Shown here piece by piece: positions 41,314-50,611 of a stretch of DNA of 64,000 nt. Below the pieces are notes generated by a model. The model had not been told where the DNA came from. It saw only the letters and a program-made list of their open reading frames with translations, and made no database searches. The translations under genes and the position numbers were made by a program. Position 1 is the stretch's first letter, and every line of letters starts with the position of its first letter. The DNA is from a virus: IMG/VR virus record IMGVR_UViG_3300005536_000001; one strand, written 5' to 3'.

Positions 41314-41493
41314 TTCTTACAGGTGCAGGTGTCACACCCTGGATGACGCTCGCAAGGTCCGGGCGCGTCGACGTCGTCATCATCTATGTCGGGCATCGGA
41401 CTACACATCATGCATCAACCATTCACACGACGTCGGCAAATCGGACAATGCCAAATCTGCCACCACTTCAACCTAATCTGACACCAGCTACAC

Positions 41494-41850
41494 TTACGTA
41501 CTCGCATCGTTCTTCCCCATCCTGTTGCGCAACACCTTCAGTCGCGCGAAGTACTGCGGCGCGAGCGTCGGGTACTCGCCGATTTGCTCAAGCAACCACT
41601 CCTCATACTCTTCATCGCTCCAATCCTCGAGCTCCTGCGCGAAGCGATCGTAGTACTGCGATTCATCCACGCAATTCCAGCCTCGAGTGTGCAAGAACGC
41701 GGCAAACCTCTTCACATCGTCTCGAATGAGATCATCGACGAATTCGGTGATCGACTCCTCGCCCGCTGCTGGACCCGAGAACTCTTTCATCACCTTGTCG
41801 ACAATTTCCACCATCGAGTCAAAGATGACGGTGCCGTCGTCGCAACCCAC
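41494..41850 (-). CDS. acidic hypothetical protein
   Basis: 118 aa. GTG overlaps the upstream stop. Confidence 0.55.
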   Translation of the reverse strand: MGCDDGTVIFDSMVEIVDKVMKEFSGPAAGEESITEFVDDLIRDDVKRFAAFLHTRGWNCVDESQYYDRFAQELEDWSDEEYEEWLLEQIGEYPTLAPQYFARLKVLRNRMGKNDAST

Positions 41851-42047
41851 TATTCTGTCTCCTCATTCGTAAACGTGGGATGAATCTCCGGATTCAGCTC
41901 CACGTGCCTCACCATTGCATCATAGAGCTCATCCTCGATGGGAATGATCGAGAGGCTCATGTCATCACCGAGCACGACATCCGCGGGCACAGCGATCTTT
42001 GCCCCGCAATCGGGACACTGATGTCGTAGGACAACTCTGTTGCTCAT
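41850..42047 (-). CDS. hypothetical protein with CPDC motif
   Basis: ORF 41850..42089 trimmed to the ATG at 42047 (ATGA overlap). Confidence 0.5.
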   Translation of the reverse strand: MSNRVVLRHQCPDCGAKIAVPADVVLGDDMSLSIIPIEDELYDAMVRHVELNPEIHPTFTNEETE

Positions 42048-42202
42048 CGCGTTCGCCTGATCCCACAGCTCTCGCACTGCTGCATGCAAAGACCATAGTC
42101 ATTGACACGCTCCCAGGGTGTCCACGTGTAATGTCTACACCAGTACCCAACAGTCAGCCTAAATCTCAATCGCTTGAAGAACTCAAGCCCGAAGATGACC
42201 AT
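42044..42202 (-). CDS. 52 aa hypothetical protein
   Basis: MVIFGLEFFKRLRFRLTVGYWCRHYTWTPWERVNDYGLCMQQCESCGIRRTR. Coupled to neighbours at both ends (TGATG, ATGA). Confidence 0.4.
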   Translation of the reverse strand: MVIFGLEFFKRLRFRLTVGYWCRHYTWTPWERVNDYGLCMQQCESCGIRRTR

Positions 42203-42378
42203 CAGAACTCCCCGCTATGAGTCTTCTCTACAGTGACCTGCACTCCACGCACCGCGGGATCGCGAAGCAGCTTGCGAAGATCGGTCACCATAGTGCGGCC
42301 GTCATCGAGAGTGATCCGGCTTGGGTTCTTACCCTTCACCCCGGGCCAATACTGCACATCAAACGTAATGGGCTTCAT
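42202..42378 (-). CDS. hypothetical protein
   Basis: ORF 42202..42393 trimmed to the ATG at 42378 (ATGA overlap). Confidence 0.5.
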   Translation of the reverse strand: MKPITFDVQYWPGVKGKNPSRITLDDGRTMVTDLRKLLRDPAVRGVQVTVEKTHSGEF

Positions 42379-42470
42379 CGTCGCTGACTCCATAGCACGA
42401 GAGCGATGATGATTACGGACAAGCAGCCCGACAGCAGCACTGCAGTGCCAATGATCTCGAGTGTATTCAT
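42375..42470 (-). CDS. 31 aa single-pass membrane micro-protein
   Basis: MNTLEIIGTAVLLSGCLSVIIIALVLWSQRR. ATGA overlaps at both ends. Confidence 0.4.
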   Translation of the reverse strand: MNTLEIIGTAVLLSGCLSVIIIALVLWSQRR

Positions 42471-42562
42471 CGCCACATGTCCTTAAGATAGTGTCGAATG
42501 ATCAGCAACGTGGCGAGTACACCCACCATAATGCCGATGATCAATACAGCGGTCCAGTGCAT
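42467..42562 (-). CDS. 31 aa single-pass membrane micro-protein
   Basis: MHWTAVLIIGIMVGVLATLLIIRHYLKDMWR. RBS GGGAGATAGG. Confidence 0.4.
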   Translation of the reverse strand: MHWTAVLIIGIMVGVLATLLIIRHYLKDMWR

Positions 42563-42737
42563 GCGCCTATCTCCCATCGTGTTTAGTACATCCACAGCTC
42601 TGCTCCACAGCGTGAGCATCGAAAGCCAGCAGGAAAATCGAATGGATGAGTGATCATCTCTGACATACTATGTGCAGTGATCATCAAGCAGAAGAACTGA
42701 CGAAGTCGCTTCACTTTGGCAACACTATTTCCCTTCA

Positions 42738-42926
42738 TCAATACCCGTTGGTGCCCGTTGCCATTTCAAGTGCAGTCAGCCGACCCCTAATTTCGTCGAG
42801 TGCGCACGAACTAAGCGGTTGCAAAGACGTTGGCCTGATGCCCAACGTAAACTCAATGTTCTCCAGTCGGGCAGCGAACTGCTCCACCCGCTCCGTCAGC
42901 ATGTCGATCTTATCTTCCATGTCCAT
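42738..42926 (-). CDS. hypothetical coiled-coil protein
   Basis: 62 aa ORF. Confidence 0.5.
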   Translation of the reverse strand: MDMEDKIDMLTERVEQFAARLENIEFTLGIRPTSLQPLSSCALDEIRGRLTALEMATGTNGY

Positions 42927-42948
42927 TGCCTGATCCTATCAGGTCTTC

Positions 42949-43635
42949 CTACGGACGAGGATCGTCGTTAATATCCTGCATCTGGTTCGGTGCGATGACG
43001 CGCAAGTGCCCAAGAATTTGCTTTGCCATCTCGCAGATCTCCACATCAGCGTGCTCGCTAAAGCGCATGTGAATCACGTGTCGCCATGCACGAATGTTTC
43101 CCGTGACGACGATGCGCGTCTCGTGTCCGCCTGGGAGCACGGCCCTAGCCGCTTGCCTCGCCTGCTTACGCTTGTAGCCTTCTTTCATCATCGTGTCAAC
43201 GATCTCATCATAAAAAATCTTCGCGTCCTGATGGAAGTGATCGATCTTCTCCACGAGTCCAGAGAGTGACGCATCTCCCATGATGTCTGGTGGAATGATC
43301 ATCTTGCCATACGACTCATCGACGTACCGTTGCGACTGGACAGAAAACGAAAGATGCCTGTGGCGGGTCAGCTCGACGAGCAGATTTCGGCTCACCTCTG
43401 TGAGACGGAACGTCGCACTCGAGTGTTCCATGATCGACGTGTGATCAATCTCAAGGATGTGCTTGAGGTAATCCTCATTGTCCGACGTCTTCGGATTAGG
43501 CCGGTGAAAAGACTGGTAGCATTCGCGGCCACCGAGCTCCGCGAGGTGATCGGCCGCTGCCGTTCCACGCTGATACTCCAAGACCTCAAGTGCAGTAGGC
43601 GTGATGGCCGTGAACGCGAGCAGGTCAACCTTCAT
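42949..43635 (-). CDS. thyX: FAD-dependent thymidylate synthase ThyX
   Basis: 228 aa. ThyX signature RHRHLSFSVQSQRY. Confidence 0.9.
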   Translation of the reverse strand: MKVDLLAFTAITPTALEVLEYQRGTAAADHLAELGGRECYQSFHRPNPKTSDNEDYLKHILEIDHTSIMEHSSATFRLTEVSRNLLVELTRHRHLSFSVQSQRYVDESYGKMIIPPDIMGDASLSGLVEKIDHFHQDAKIFYDEIVDTMMKEGYKRKQARQAARAVLPGGHETRIVVTGNIRAWRHVIHMRFSEHADVEICEMAKQILGHLRVIAPNQMQDINDDPRP

Positions 43636-43772
43636 ACTCGGTACTCCTCTTCATCTTGCTCAACATAACAGCGGCAGTTATCACCGTCAGGTTCTTGACA
43701 CCAGCCACACGGCGTAATGACTTCCTCATCCTCATCATGATTCCCGATGGACCAGTGCAATTCACGCGGCAT
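43632..43772 (-). CDS. 46 aa acidic Cys-containing micro-protein
   Basis: MPRELHWSIGNHDEDEEVITPCGWCQEPDGDNCRCYVEQDEEEYRV. RBS AAGGAGGGGA. ATGA overlap with thyX. Confidence 0.45.
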   Translation of the reverse strand: MPRELHWSIGNHDEDEEVITPCGWCQEPDGDNCRCYVEQDEEEYRV

Positions 43773-43774
43773 AT

Positions 43775-44059
43775 CTACGTCCCCTCCTTAAGCGTCCGCA
43801 CCTCACGCTCGAGATTATGAATCTTCGTGTAGGCACGGTCCAGTCGCTCGACGAGTTTGTCAATGCGCTTATCGCGCACCACATCTTCACGATCTCGCGC
43901 TTGACGGTACTCTTGCAGTGTGTCAATGCGGCGATTGAGAATTACGTTCATCTCATCGTGTGCAATCACATATTCCTGTAGCGCAGCAAGATGCCTATCA
44001 TGCTCAGCAAGGAGCCTGTCAATTACCCTAACAGTCGGTTCTCCTAGTGAGCCACTCAT
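43775..44059 (-). CDS. hypothetical coiled-coil protein
   Basis: 94 aa ORF. Confidence 0.55.
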   Translation of the reverse strand: MSGSLGEPTVRVIDRLLAEHDRHLAALQEYVIAHDEMNVILNRRIDTLQEYRQARDREDVVRDKRIDKLVERLDRAYTKIHNLEREVRTLKEGT

Positions 44060-44202
44060 ACAGTCTTACCCTTCTTCCACCGAACGCAGTATGCGTGACG
44101 CCCAAGTACGACTGCCAACACCTGGGCATGTCGGTCAAGATGGCATCTCAATCCCGCATCAGCAACGACGTACCTATACACACTCCATCGTCCCAAGCTC
44201 AT
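44056..44202 (-). CDS. 48 aa basic hypothetical protein
   Basis: MSLGRWSVYRYVVADAGLRCHLDRHAQVLAVVLGRHAYCVRWKKGKTV. ATGA overlaps at both ends. Confidence 0.4.
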   Translation of the reverse strand: MSLGRWSVYRYVVADAGLRCHLDRHAQVLAVVLGRHAYCVRWKKGKTV

Positions 44203-44507
44203 GTGCCATCCTTACCACAGAACGTACACGTCAAGATCGTGCCATCGGCATTCCACTCGCAGATGCTCTTTACGAACTTACGTGGAACGGTGTCCTCATC
44301 CTCGGGAATCTCGACCTGATGCGTGCACTTTGCGATGATGTGCGCGCATTGAGGATCATCGCAGATGTACAGCTCGAGCGGTCCTAGGTATTTCATCGTC
44401 GCAGACGGGTGCAACCCTTCACACATCTGCACCGACCTGATGACATCGGCCATCGCGTGCTTCATGTCATCGCCTAGCTCGGCAACGGCGTCATCTTCTT
44501 TTGTCAT
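44199..44507 (-). CDS. Cys-rich hypothetical protein
   Basis: 102 aa ORF. Confidence 0.55.
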   Translation of the reverse strand: MTKEDDAVAELGDDMKHAMADVIRSVQMCEGLHPSATMKYLGPLELYICDDPQCAHIIAKCTHQVEIPEDEDTVPRKFVKSICEWNADGTILTCTFCGKDGT

Positions 44508-44929
44508 CGCTTACCTCTCTTCTTAAATGGCTTCGGCCTAGGTCCAGTGGGTGGTGCCTGACGCTTCACACCTTCACCTACCCCATCAATGAATCCCGTG
44601 ATGATGTTTCTTCCGGATGTTATCCAACCGTCCTCTTGCACCTCAACCTTCTCATCTCCCACCATCACATATCTCTTCGCACCTCCATCTCCACCCAGTA
44701 GTTCTCCTCGCTGCTCTAGGATCCGAATTACGTCTCTTCCCAGCGAGACGACTAGCGGCGCGTCTTCACGAATGCGTTGTGTCGCCCGGCACTCCTCAAT
44801 GAGTATACCCAATGCCGTGACGATGCCTACGCCGTATCCCATCGGCATCTCATACGTGGCTCCAACGCCCGGCGCGTCCGTGTCAAGCAGCTCCATCGGA
44901 ATGTCCAGTGAGTCAGCGAGTCGCTGCAT
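44504..44929 (-). CDS. hypothetical protein with basic C-terminus
   Basis: ORF 44504..45016. The ATG at 44929 follows TAAGG and is preferred; alternative ATG at 44953. Confidence 0.5.
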   Translation of the reverse strand: MQRLADSLDIPMELLDTDAPGVGATYEMPMGYGVGIVTALGILIEECRATQRIREDAPLVVSLGRDVIRILEQRGELLGGDGGAKRYVMVGDEKVEVQEDGWITSGRNIITGFIDGVGEGVKRQAPPTGPRPKPFKKRGKR

Positions 44930-44936
44930 GACAACC

Positions 44937-45608
44937 TTATTGCCTGGCTCCATCTCCGTCGTCCTCCCCCTCAGACCTCCCCGGATCGCCCCTGTCCGCA
45001 ACCCCAGGGTCGACAACCCCCGGCGGACTCCAGGTGCCCTGGACCTCTACTGGGGTACCAGACGGGGCCTCTAGTACTAGCAGCTGCCGATGCGCCTCCT
45101 CGAAAGCCAACACCCTCACCGCAGGGTCCAGTGAAAGCTTGTCAAGCACTCGCCCGATGACCTCCGCCACCAGCTGTCCCTCCAACTCGACATTTCGTAC
45201 GAGCCTCTCAGCAACACCCGCGTCGATCGCTGCCTTCGAGACTTTAGCCAGATGCGTCCTCTCGTCTCGGCTTTCCTTCAGCCAGATCCTGACTTCAGCC
45301 GCGCTCTCCTCACCATCATTCCTTCGTGTTGCCTCACGAAGTTGCTCATCAACCCATGCCACTCGCCCGGCGCTCAACCTGACCGTCTTGATCAGTGCTT
45401 CCCATGGCGAGACATTCAGTTCCCGTGCGACGTCCAACGCCATCTCCCACGCTCGATGTTCCTTAGCCTGTCCGTGAATGCGACACGGCCCAAAACCTTT
45501 GTGCTTCGTACCTTCACCGGCTGGCATCCTGCACTCACCGACTCCGCCGCGCTTCGGCTTACGACAGCGTATGACCGCGTTGCGAGCCATCTTACCAGCG
45601 CTAATCAT
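44937..45608 (-). CDS. putative zinc-ribbon DNA-binding protein
   Basis: ORF 44937..45647 trimmed to the ATG at 45608 (ATGA overlap). RCRKPKRGGVGECRMPAGEGTKHKGFGPCRIHG Cys cluster followed by a helical region. Confidence 0.5.
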   Translation of the reverse strand: MISAGKMARNAVIRCRKPKRGGVGECRMPAGEGTKHKGFGPCRIHGQAKEHRAWEMALDVARELNVSPWEALIKTVRLSAGRVAWVDEQLREATRRNDGEESAAEVRIWLKESRDERTHLAKVSKAAIDAGVAERLVRNVELEGQLVAEVIGRVLDKLSLDPAVRVLAFEEAHRQLLVLEAPSGTPVEVQGTWSPPGVVDPGVADRGDPGRSEGEDDGDGARQ

Positions 45609-45949
45609 TCTTGTGAAGACTTCACGCCGCGTGGCAAGAATTCCCACTGTGCATGTTCTCGGTAGCCATCAGCGACAACCTGAATTTCAGGAACCCAATT
45701 TGATGCAGTCGTACTGTCCCAAAATGAAAGAATAGCTATCGTGTCAAGCTTCTTATCATTCTTACGTACAAAGAATGGACCACCCGTCTCAAGTTCTGTG
45801 TCAACACCTTCATACAAGCTATACGTAATGAGAGCGATAAGTTTTTCCGGGTGCGCAACTCCCTTAATCCACGCGACGACATTTGGGACTGGAATCGCCG
45901 AGTCGATGAACCAGTGACAATCAGTGAGATAATCAATGTTCTTACTCAT
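45605..45949 (-). CDS. hypothetical protein (AT-richer gene)
   Basis: 114 aa ORF. First gene after the iteron region. Confidence 0.55.
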   Translation of the reverse strand: MSKNIDYLTDCHWFIDSAIPVPNVVAWIKGVAHPEKLIALITYSLYEGVDTELETGGPFFVRKNDKKLDTIAILSFWDSTTASNWVPEIQVVADGYREHAQWEFLPRGVKSSQE

Positions 45950-46201
45950 GTCCTCAACCTTATCCTATGAGTCTCTCACGGTATTTGCTCAAAAGCAGCC
46001 CTAAACAGCTCTTCGGAGATCAACAAAACTACTACTCTCCAACTGCCATTGTTGATCTCTAACATTAATCCGTTACACCAGTTACAGCAACTCTCCGGTA
46101 GTTCCAAATACGGACGGTAGAGCAGCTATCGCGTAGTCCGTTTGTATTAATCATGTTAGTCTTACCCCCTCGACCGAGCGTATACGGTCAACTGGAGAAT
46201 T

Positions 46202-46228
46202 TGCTGTAACTGCTGTAACTGCTGTAAC
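46202..46228. repeat. three tandem TGCTGTAAC 9-mers
   Basis: Perfect direct repeats in the 470-nt non-coding gap. Confidence 0.9.
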
Positions 46229-46305
46229 GAAGTATAAAAATTATCCTAAAACCCGACTTCAAAGATTCGTATGAGTTTCATTAGTAGGTAACAATACCTA
46301 ATAGT

Positions 46306-46404
46306 CCTGCTGTTACCTACATTCGGCCTGCTGTTACCTACCCGACATCTTGCTGTTACCGCAACAGCTGCTGTTACCGCAGTTGTTACCGCAACTGTTA
46401 CCGC
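46306..46404. repeat. six direct TGTTACC-core iterons (putative replication origin)
   Basis: CCTGCTGTTACCTAC x2, TGCTGTTACCGC x2, TGTTACCGC x2. An inverted GGTAACA lies at 46287-46293. AT-rich flank. Adjacent to the primase/helicase gene. Confidence 0.6.
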
Positions 46405-46419
46405 AAGAAACTCAGTGAT

Positions 46420-48783
46420 TCACGACCTCAAACTGTTCAACCATGACGTAGTTCCATTGGCGAACTTAATGCCTCGATAACCCCGACCCTTCTCCCCATT
46501 AATCGAAATCGCACCTGGCGGCCGCTCAATGCCATGTCCAACAAGTGCCTTACCCAAGACAGCAGCGTTGAACTTATCAACACCGCGCAAGCCATGTTCC
46601 ACAGCCCATCGTTCGTACGCAGCATAAAGATCTTTATTAAAGAGCGCGTCCCCGCTATTGCCCGTCCTAATCAATACATCATCGATGAATTGCCCAACGT
46701 AGTCCTCTTCATCACGATAAGATTGCACATCTGCCTTGATGCTGTCCGGAATTCCGAGTCCGCCAAGCTCGCGGTAACCCTGCAATCCTTCCAGTGCCCA
46801 GCGTAGGATGCCCGACGCTTCCTCCGAGTACAACAAATCTCCATAGCCAGCAATCGCCTTACCAGGCGCAATCTTTCCATGACAGACAACCCGATGCATT
46901 CGATTCCAGACACCATCACTGGGATCCCGAATCGTAGGCTGCCCATTTCCGGCAATCCACAATTTGAACTGCGCGTCGAACTCATAGAAGTTTTTGTTCA
47001 TCTTCCGGGCTTTGACACGCTTTGACCCGGTCAACGCCTTCAGTCGCTCGACGTTAAGCGCCTTACCCTGTCGTGTCTCATCGATGAAGACCAGCCGTGC
47101 TCCTTGGAGATCCGCCAGGATCGTCGGGTGCTGCTCATCACCACCGGTCAACAATGCAGTGGTGGCGGTCTTCGCGTAACTTCCCATCACCATCATAAGC
47201 GGCTCAACGAATGCATTTTTACCGTTACTTCCCGTTCCCTCCATGAAGAAGAACGATCGCGCGCCGACATTACCGGTGAGCGAATATCCAGCAGCACGCT
47301 GCAGGTACGCCATCAGAATGGGATCACCATTACAGACAAAATGTACGTGAGACAACCACCGCTCGAACGGTGCATCCTCGACGTAATCCACTTCAGCCAA
47401 GTGACTACACAGCTCATCTCTCCTTGACTCGCGCAACTTCCCAGTGAGCAAATCCAGTGTGCCGTTGCGTACCACCAGGATATTGGGGTCGCTATCCATA
47501 TCAGTCGTGTTGATAACCAAGCTAGGCTCGGACTCTGCGCCCGCGATCATTGCTTTACGACGAGCTAGACTTTCCGAGTCTCTTGCCCAGTTGAGCCAGC
47601 GGGTGCGGTCATCTCCCTCCGCAGCGATAGCATCAGCACGAATGGCATCGACGACATTCTTAGTGAGTTCCATGACACGGTTCGTGTCGTCGGGACACCA
47701 GCGAACGTCATCCCAGACATACCACTGATCTTCACGCACCGCGTACCTGATGCGATCTCCAAGCAACTGCACCATCCGCATGGAGTTACCCATGTCAGTG
47801 GCGAGTGCTTCACGTGGTGGCAGCTCGTTAACTTCAGTGAGCGCCTGTCCACCAGCGAGTCGCTGTGCGTACGCAAGAGCCCCTGGACCCAAACCCTGCA
47901 TCATTCCACTACTCAAGCCAGGCGAGTAGGTGCGCCGAACCCGATCCACCATCTCGATGATGTCACTCGCGGTCCAGGGTTGCTCACCCGGAACGTTCTC
48001 CATGCGCTGAAGAAGCAGCATCCCAACGCTGATCATCTCGACGCGTCGGAAGTTCCTTGCACGCATAGAGCACATATAGTCGAACAACCGCGCGTTCTGC
48101 TCACCCGGCGGCAGACCGTGCTCGAACATCGCATCGACATTGATGACCTGACCGTCTTGCCCGGTAAGCGGTGAATCATCACCACTGTGATCTTCACCGC
48201 TGCCAGACGTCCGAGGACCACTACCTGCTTGCAGCCCCGCGACCCACTCATCAGGCAGCGCAGGGAACTCCCCCAGTCCGGGGATGTCATCCAAGACCGT
48301 GTTATCCGGCGCGAGCCACTTGTACGTCTCATTGATGTCAGGATGCACAGACGGCCACACCATGGCAAACCGGTGTCCGAAGCGGATGATCTCGACGTTC
48401 GATCCGGTGCCAAGATCCGACTTCCAGTTCAAGCCAGGCGGAACCCGGAAGAACCTGATGCCCGAGCCATCGGTTCTCGCACTGGACCTGGGTGAAAGCG
48501 GCAATACACAATCCAGCTGTGATTCCCACCACTCGATGGTCTCGAGACCCTTACGCCCGTCATATGCATCGACATCGATACCAATGATGTCATCAGGCAT
48601 ACGCAGACCGATGTTATCAGTGCCCCGGACATTCACCCAGTCATCAATGACGGCATCAGTAGGCCATGCACCGTTATACCCGGTGTACCCAGTCGGTGCC
48701 ATTCGTTTACCCACAATAGGCAGCACACCCTGCCAACCAGCATTGCGGTAAAGCTCCGCGGCCTCCCCATACGGCCCCGTCAT
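46420..48783 (-). CDS. bifunctional DNA primase-polymerase / D5-type helicase
   Basis: 787 aa. N-terminal prim-pol motifs (IGLRMPDDIIGIDVDAYDG). C-terminal Walker A MEGTGSNGKN. Confidence 0.85.
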   Translation of the reverse strand: MTGPYGEAAELYRNAGWQGVLPIVGKRMAPTGYTGYNGAWPTDAVIDDWVNVRGTDNIGLRMPDDIIGIDVDAYDGRKGLETIEWWESQLDCVLPLSPRSSARTDGSGIRFFRVPPGLNWKSDLGTGSNVEIIRFGHRFAMVWPSVHPDINETYKWLAPDNTVLDDIPGLGEFPALPDEWVAGLQAGSGPRTSGSGEDHSGDDSPLTGQDGQVINVDAMFEHGLPPGEQNARLFDYMCSMRARNFRRVEMISVGMLLLQRMENVPGEQPWTASDIIEMVDRVRRTYSPGLSSGMMQGLGPGALAYAQRLAGGQALTEVNELPPREALATDMGNSMRMVQLLGDRIRYAVREDQWYVWDDVRWCPDDTNRVMELTKNVVDAIRADAIAAEGDDRTRWLNWARDSESLARRKAMIAGAESEPSLVINTTDMDSDPNILVVRNGTLDLLTGKLRESRRDELCSHLAEVDYVEDAPFERWLSHVHFVCNGDPILMAYLQRAAGYSLTGNVGARSFFFMEGTGSNGKNAFVEPLMMVMGSYAKTATTALLTGGDEQHPTILADLQGARLVFIDETRQGKALNVERLKALTGSKRVKARKMNKNFYEFDAQFKLWIAGNGQPTIRDPSDGVWNRMHRVVCHGKIAPGKAIAGYGDLLYSEEASGILRWALEGLQGYRELGGLGIPDSIKADVQSYRDEEDYVGQFIDDVLIRTGNSGDALFNKDLYAAYERWAVEHGLRGVDKFNAAVLGKALVGHGIERPPGAISINGEKGRGYRGIKFANGTTSWLNSLRS

Positions 48784-48870
48784 CCCTGACCCTCACCGTG
48801 AAGTCGGCGCGTGATACTATCTGCCACGGGTATCTCACCTTTCGGAGGGGTGTCGAGCCTGAGCACAACG

Positions 48871-48938
48871 GTGCCAAGAGCGCGTTCTTTGTTTCGTCCA
48901 ATCCCACTGGACTTGTGCATCGAGCGTGCTCTTGGCAC
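48871..48938. promoter_or_regulatory. 14 bp inverted repeat in the divergent control region
   Basis: GTGCCAAGAGCGCG (48871-48884) and CGTGCTCTTGGCAC (48925-48938), 13 of 14 complementary. Lies between the minus and plus transcription units. Confidence 0.4.
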
Positions 48939-49047
48939 TGCTCGCATCGGGCAGTTTCATCGAAGAGTAGACCTCAAATCTACAACCTCGCTGCCCGCTG
49001 TCTTGATCAGAGAGTACACTTAGGACCTAGGAAAGCAGCCCCTTATT

Positions 49048-49401
49048 ATGGACAAAAACTACCGTCATCAGATGATCCAGATCGCAGCACTCATCGTCAT
49101 TCTTCTCGCAGGCGTAGGTGTCATCCTATCCCTCACCGCATGCACGCCTACGAAGACAGACACCAATCGTTCTTATACCGCGAAAGAACGAGCGTACTTG
49201 TCCGATGTTCAACCAGTTCTCGGTGCTGACGCGGACACTGATCTTGAAGAAAGTTCAGTCATCGCAATCGGCAAGTTGACGTGTCAGCAGCGTGAAGCAG
49301 GTATCTCAACTGAGAGCATCATCGCGGGTCTCACTTCCTCCTGGACAGAACTAGGCGCACGCGTGATGGTCAACGCAGCAGACAAGTATTTCTGCAAGTA
49401 A
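49048..49401 (+). CDS. lipoprotein (DUF732-like)
   Basis: 117 aa. Signal peptide with lipobox LTAC. Two conserved Cys in the mature part. Confidence 0.65.
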   Translation: MDKNYRHQMIQIAALIVILLAGVGVILSLTACTPTKTDTNRSYTAKERAYLSDVQPVLGADADTDLEESSVIAIGKLTCQQREAGISTESIIAGLTSSWTELGARVMVNAADKYFCK

Positions 49402-49493
49402 CACATCATCTCACCGCTGGACACCCGCTTGTTAGAGTTGCCATCGACCGACCCCGCACGACCCCCCGACCGTGCTCCCCCGGGTCGGTCACG

Positions 49494-49534
49494 CTGGCCG
49501 GGTACGTGATTCCAAGATCACAACGCCCGGCCAG
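49494..49534 (+). terminator. long hairpin CTGGCCGGG...CCCGGCCAG with inner GTGAT/ATCAC
   Basis: Lies downstream of the lipoprotein gene and before the next RBS. Confidence 0.45.
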
Positions 49535-49589
49535 CAACCAGCTTATGCTGTACTGCACCACACATAGGAAACTAGGAGAGGACGACACG

Positions 49590-50102
49590 ATGTCAAGCGT
49601 GCTCAACGATCATATGAAGCTTCCCCACGTCCGCAGCGTCGGCCACCGCACCACCTGGACCCTGCCGGTAAGTCGTAGTGAACCGATCGTGATCAACGCC
49701 CGGTTCATCGGCATCGGCTCATCCGCACGGACTCGACACCACAACCATCTGGACGATGCTGAGTTCGCGCAGCCTAAGCACCACTGCAACGCGTGCCGGT
49801 GGTTCGAGACCCGCATCTTTCGCCTCGTGGCATCCGCTGAGGAAGACGGCGAACTCGTGGGATCCAACTACCTACTCCATCACTCGGGTGTCTCGATCGT
49901 GCCTGGGGAAGTAGTGCACTACCGTTACGAAGCGGTTCGCTCACCTCATGAAGTCATCGAGGCGTTCACCATCCGTAAGACTGGGCCATCCGGTGACGCA
50001 CAGCCTCCCTTTCTCACACGCCCGGCGGCACGTGCACTTGCACAGGCCGCTGGGTTCGACACCGACCTCGAGCGTGCCTACACTCAGCGAGCGACGGCAT
50101 GA
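49590..50102 (+). CDS. hypothetical protein
   Basis: ORF 49506..50102 trimmed to the ATG at 49590, which follows AGGAGAGG. Confidence 0.55.
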   Translation: MSSVLNDHMKLPHVRSVGHRTTWTLPVSRSEPIVINARFIGIGSSARTRHHNHLDDAEFAQPKHHCNACRWFETRIFRLVASAEEDGELVGSNYLLHHSGVSIVPGEVVHYRYEAVRSPHEVIEAFTIRKTGPSGDAQPPFLTRPAARALAQAAGFDTDLERAYTQRATA

Positions 50103-50578
50103 ACGAGAAGCTTCCACCGGGTGAGTATGATGTTTCATATGAAGACCTTAAGAAACTAGGTGGCGTTCACACGATCCCCAAGCGTCCCTACGTCAGAAAA
50201 CTTCGACGTGATGACGGTTATTGGACATCTAGTGAGTGGCTCATGTATATGCTTTATCCGTGGATCCTTTCGGATGAGCGCGGTGGCACCGATATTTCTG
50301 CGTTTCGTACGTGGGAAGACGCATACGCGAAAGCGTATGACATGGTCACTGCGATACCAAAGCCAATTGACTTCGCTCGCCTGCGTCAACGATTTACCAC
50401 TGACGCGATGTACCGACTTTTTGGTGCGCATGGCCTCGTAATGCCTAATGAAAGCAAACCCACTGTTCGTTGTGATTGTGGTCATGTCATGATCGTGCAT
50501 GACTACACTTCAGATGGTCTCTACCGCGCTGGTTGCGCAGTGTGCGACTGTAAGAAAACACGCAGTTATACTCAATAG
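50099..50578 (+). CDS. hypothetical protein with C-terminal Cys cluster
   Basis: 159 aa. ATGA overlap. CDCGH...CAVCDC. Confidence 0.55.
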   Translation: MNEKLPPGEYDVSYEDLKKLGGVHTIPKRPYVRKLRRDDGYWTSSEWLMYMLYPWILSDERGGTDISAFRTWEDAYAKAYDMVTAIPKPIDFARLRQRFTTDAMYRLFGAHGLVMPNESKPTVRCDCGHVMIVHDYTSDGLYRAGCAVCDCKKTRSYTQ

Positions 50579-50611
50579 CAAGTTGTTAAACGAATCTAGG
50601 AGAGCACACCA

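Noticed and set aside
41220-41411. 63 aa Cys-rich ORF (PGPCERHPGCDTCTCKKCPEK)
   Set aside because: It overlaps 41002..41313 by 94 nt and has a weak RBS. I cannot decide which frame is used near 41250-41313, so it is left uncalled.
42583-42666. 27 aa ORF MSEMITHPFDFPAGFRCSRCGAELWMY
   Set aside because: No RBS and no coupling to neighbours, so the support is too weak.
44937-45608. Small terminase subunit assignment for the CxxxxxxGxxC...HG protein
   Set aside because: It lies 35 kb from the large terminase, in the replication-proximal region. The motif alone is not specific, so it was called only as a putative DNA-binding protein.
46202-46404. Possibility that the short direct repeats are a CRISPR array
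   Set aside because: The repeat units are only 9-15 nt and the spacers 3-9 nt. No CRISPR-like repeat or spacer lengths are present, so iterons are the better fit.
48891-48899. GTTTCGTCC, the half-signature of the hammerhead (GGACGAAAC on the minus strand)
   Set aside because: There is no CUGAUGA box and no stem I or stem III partners within 100 nt, so this is a chance match.
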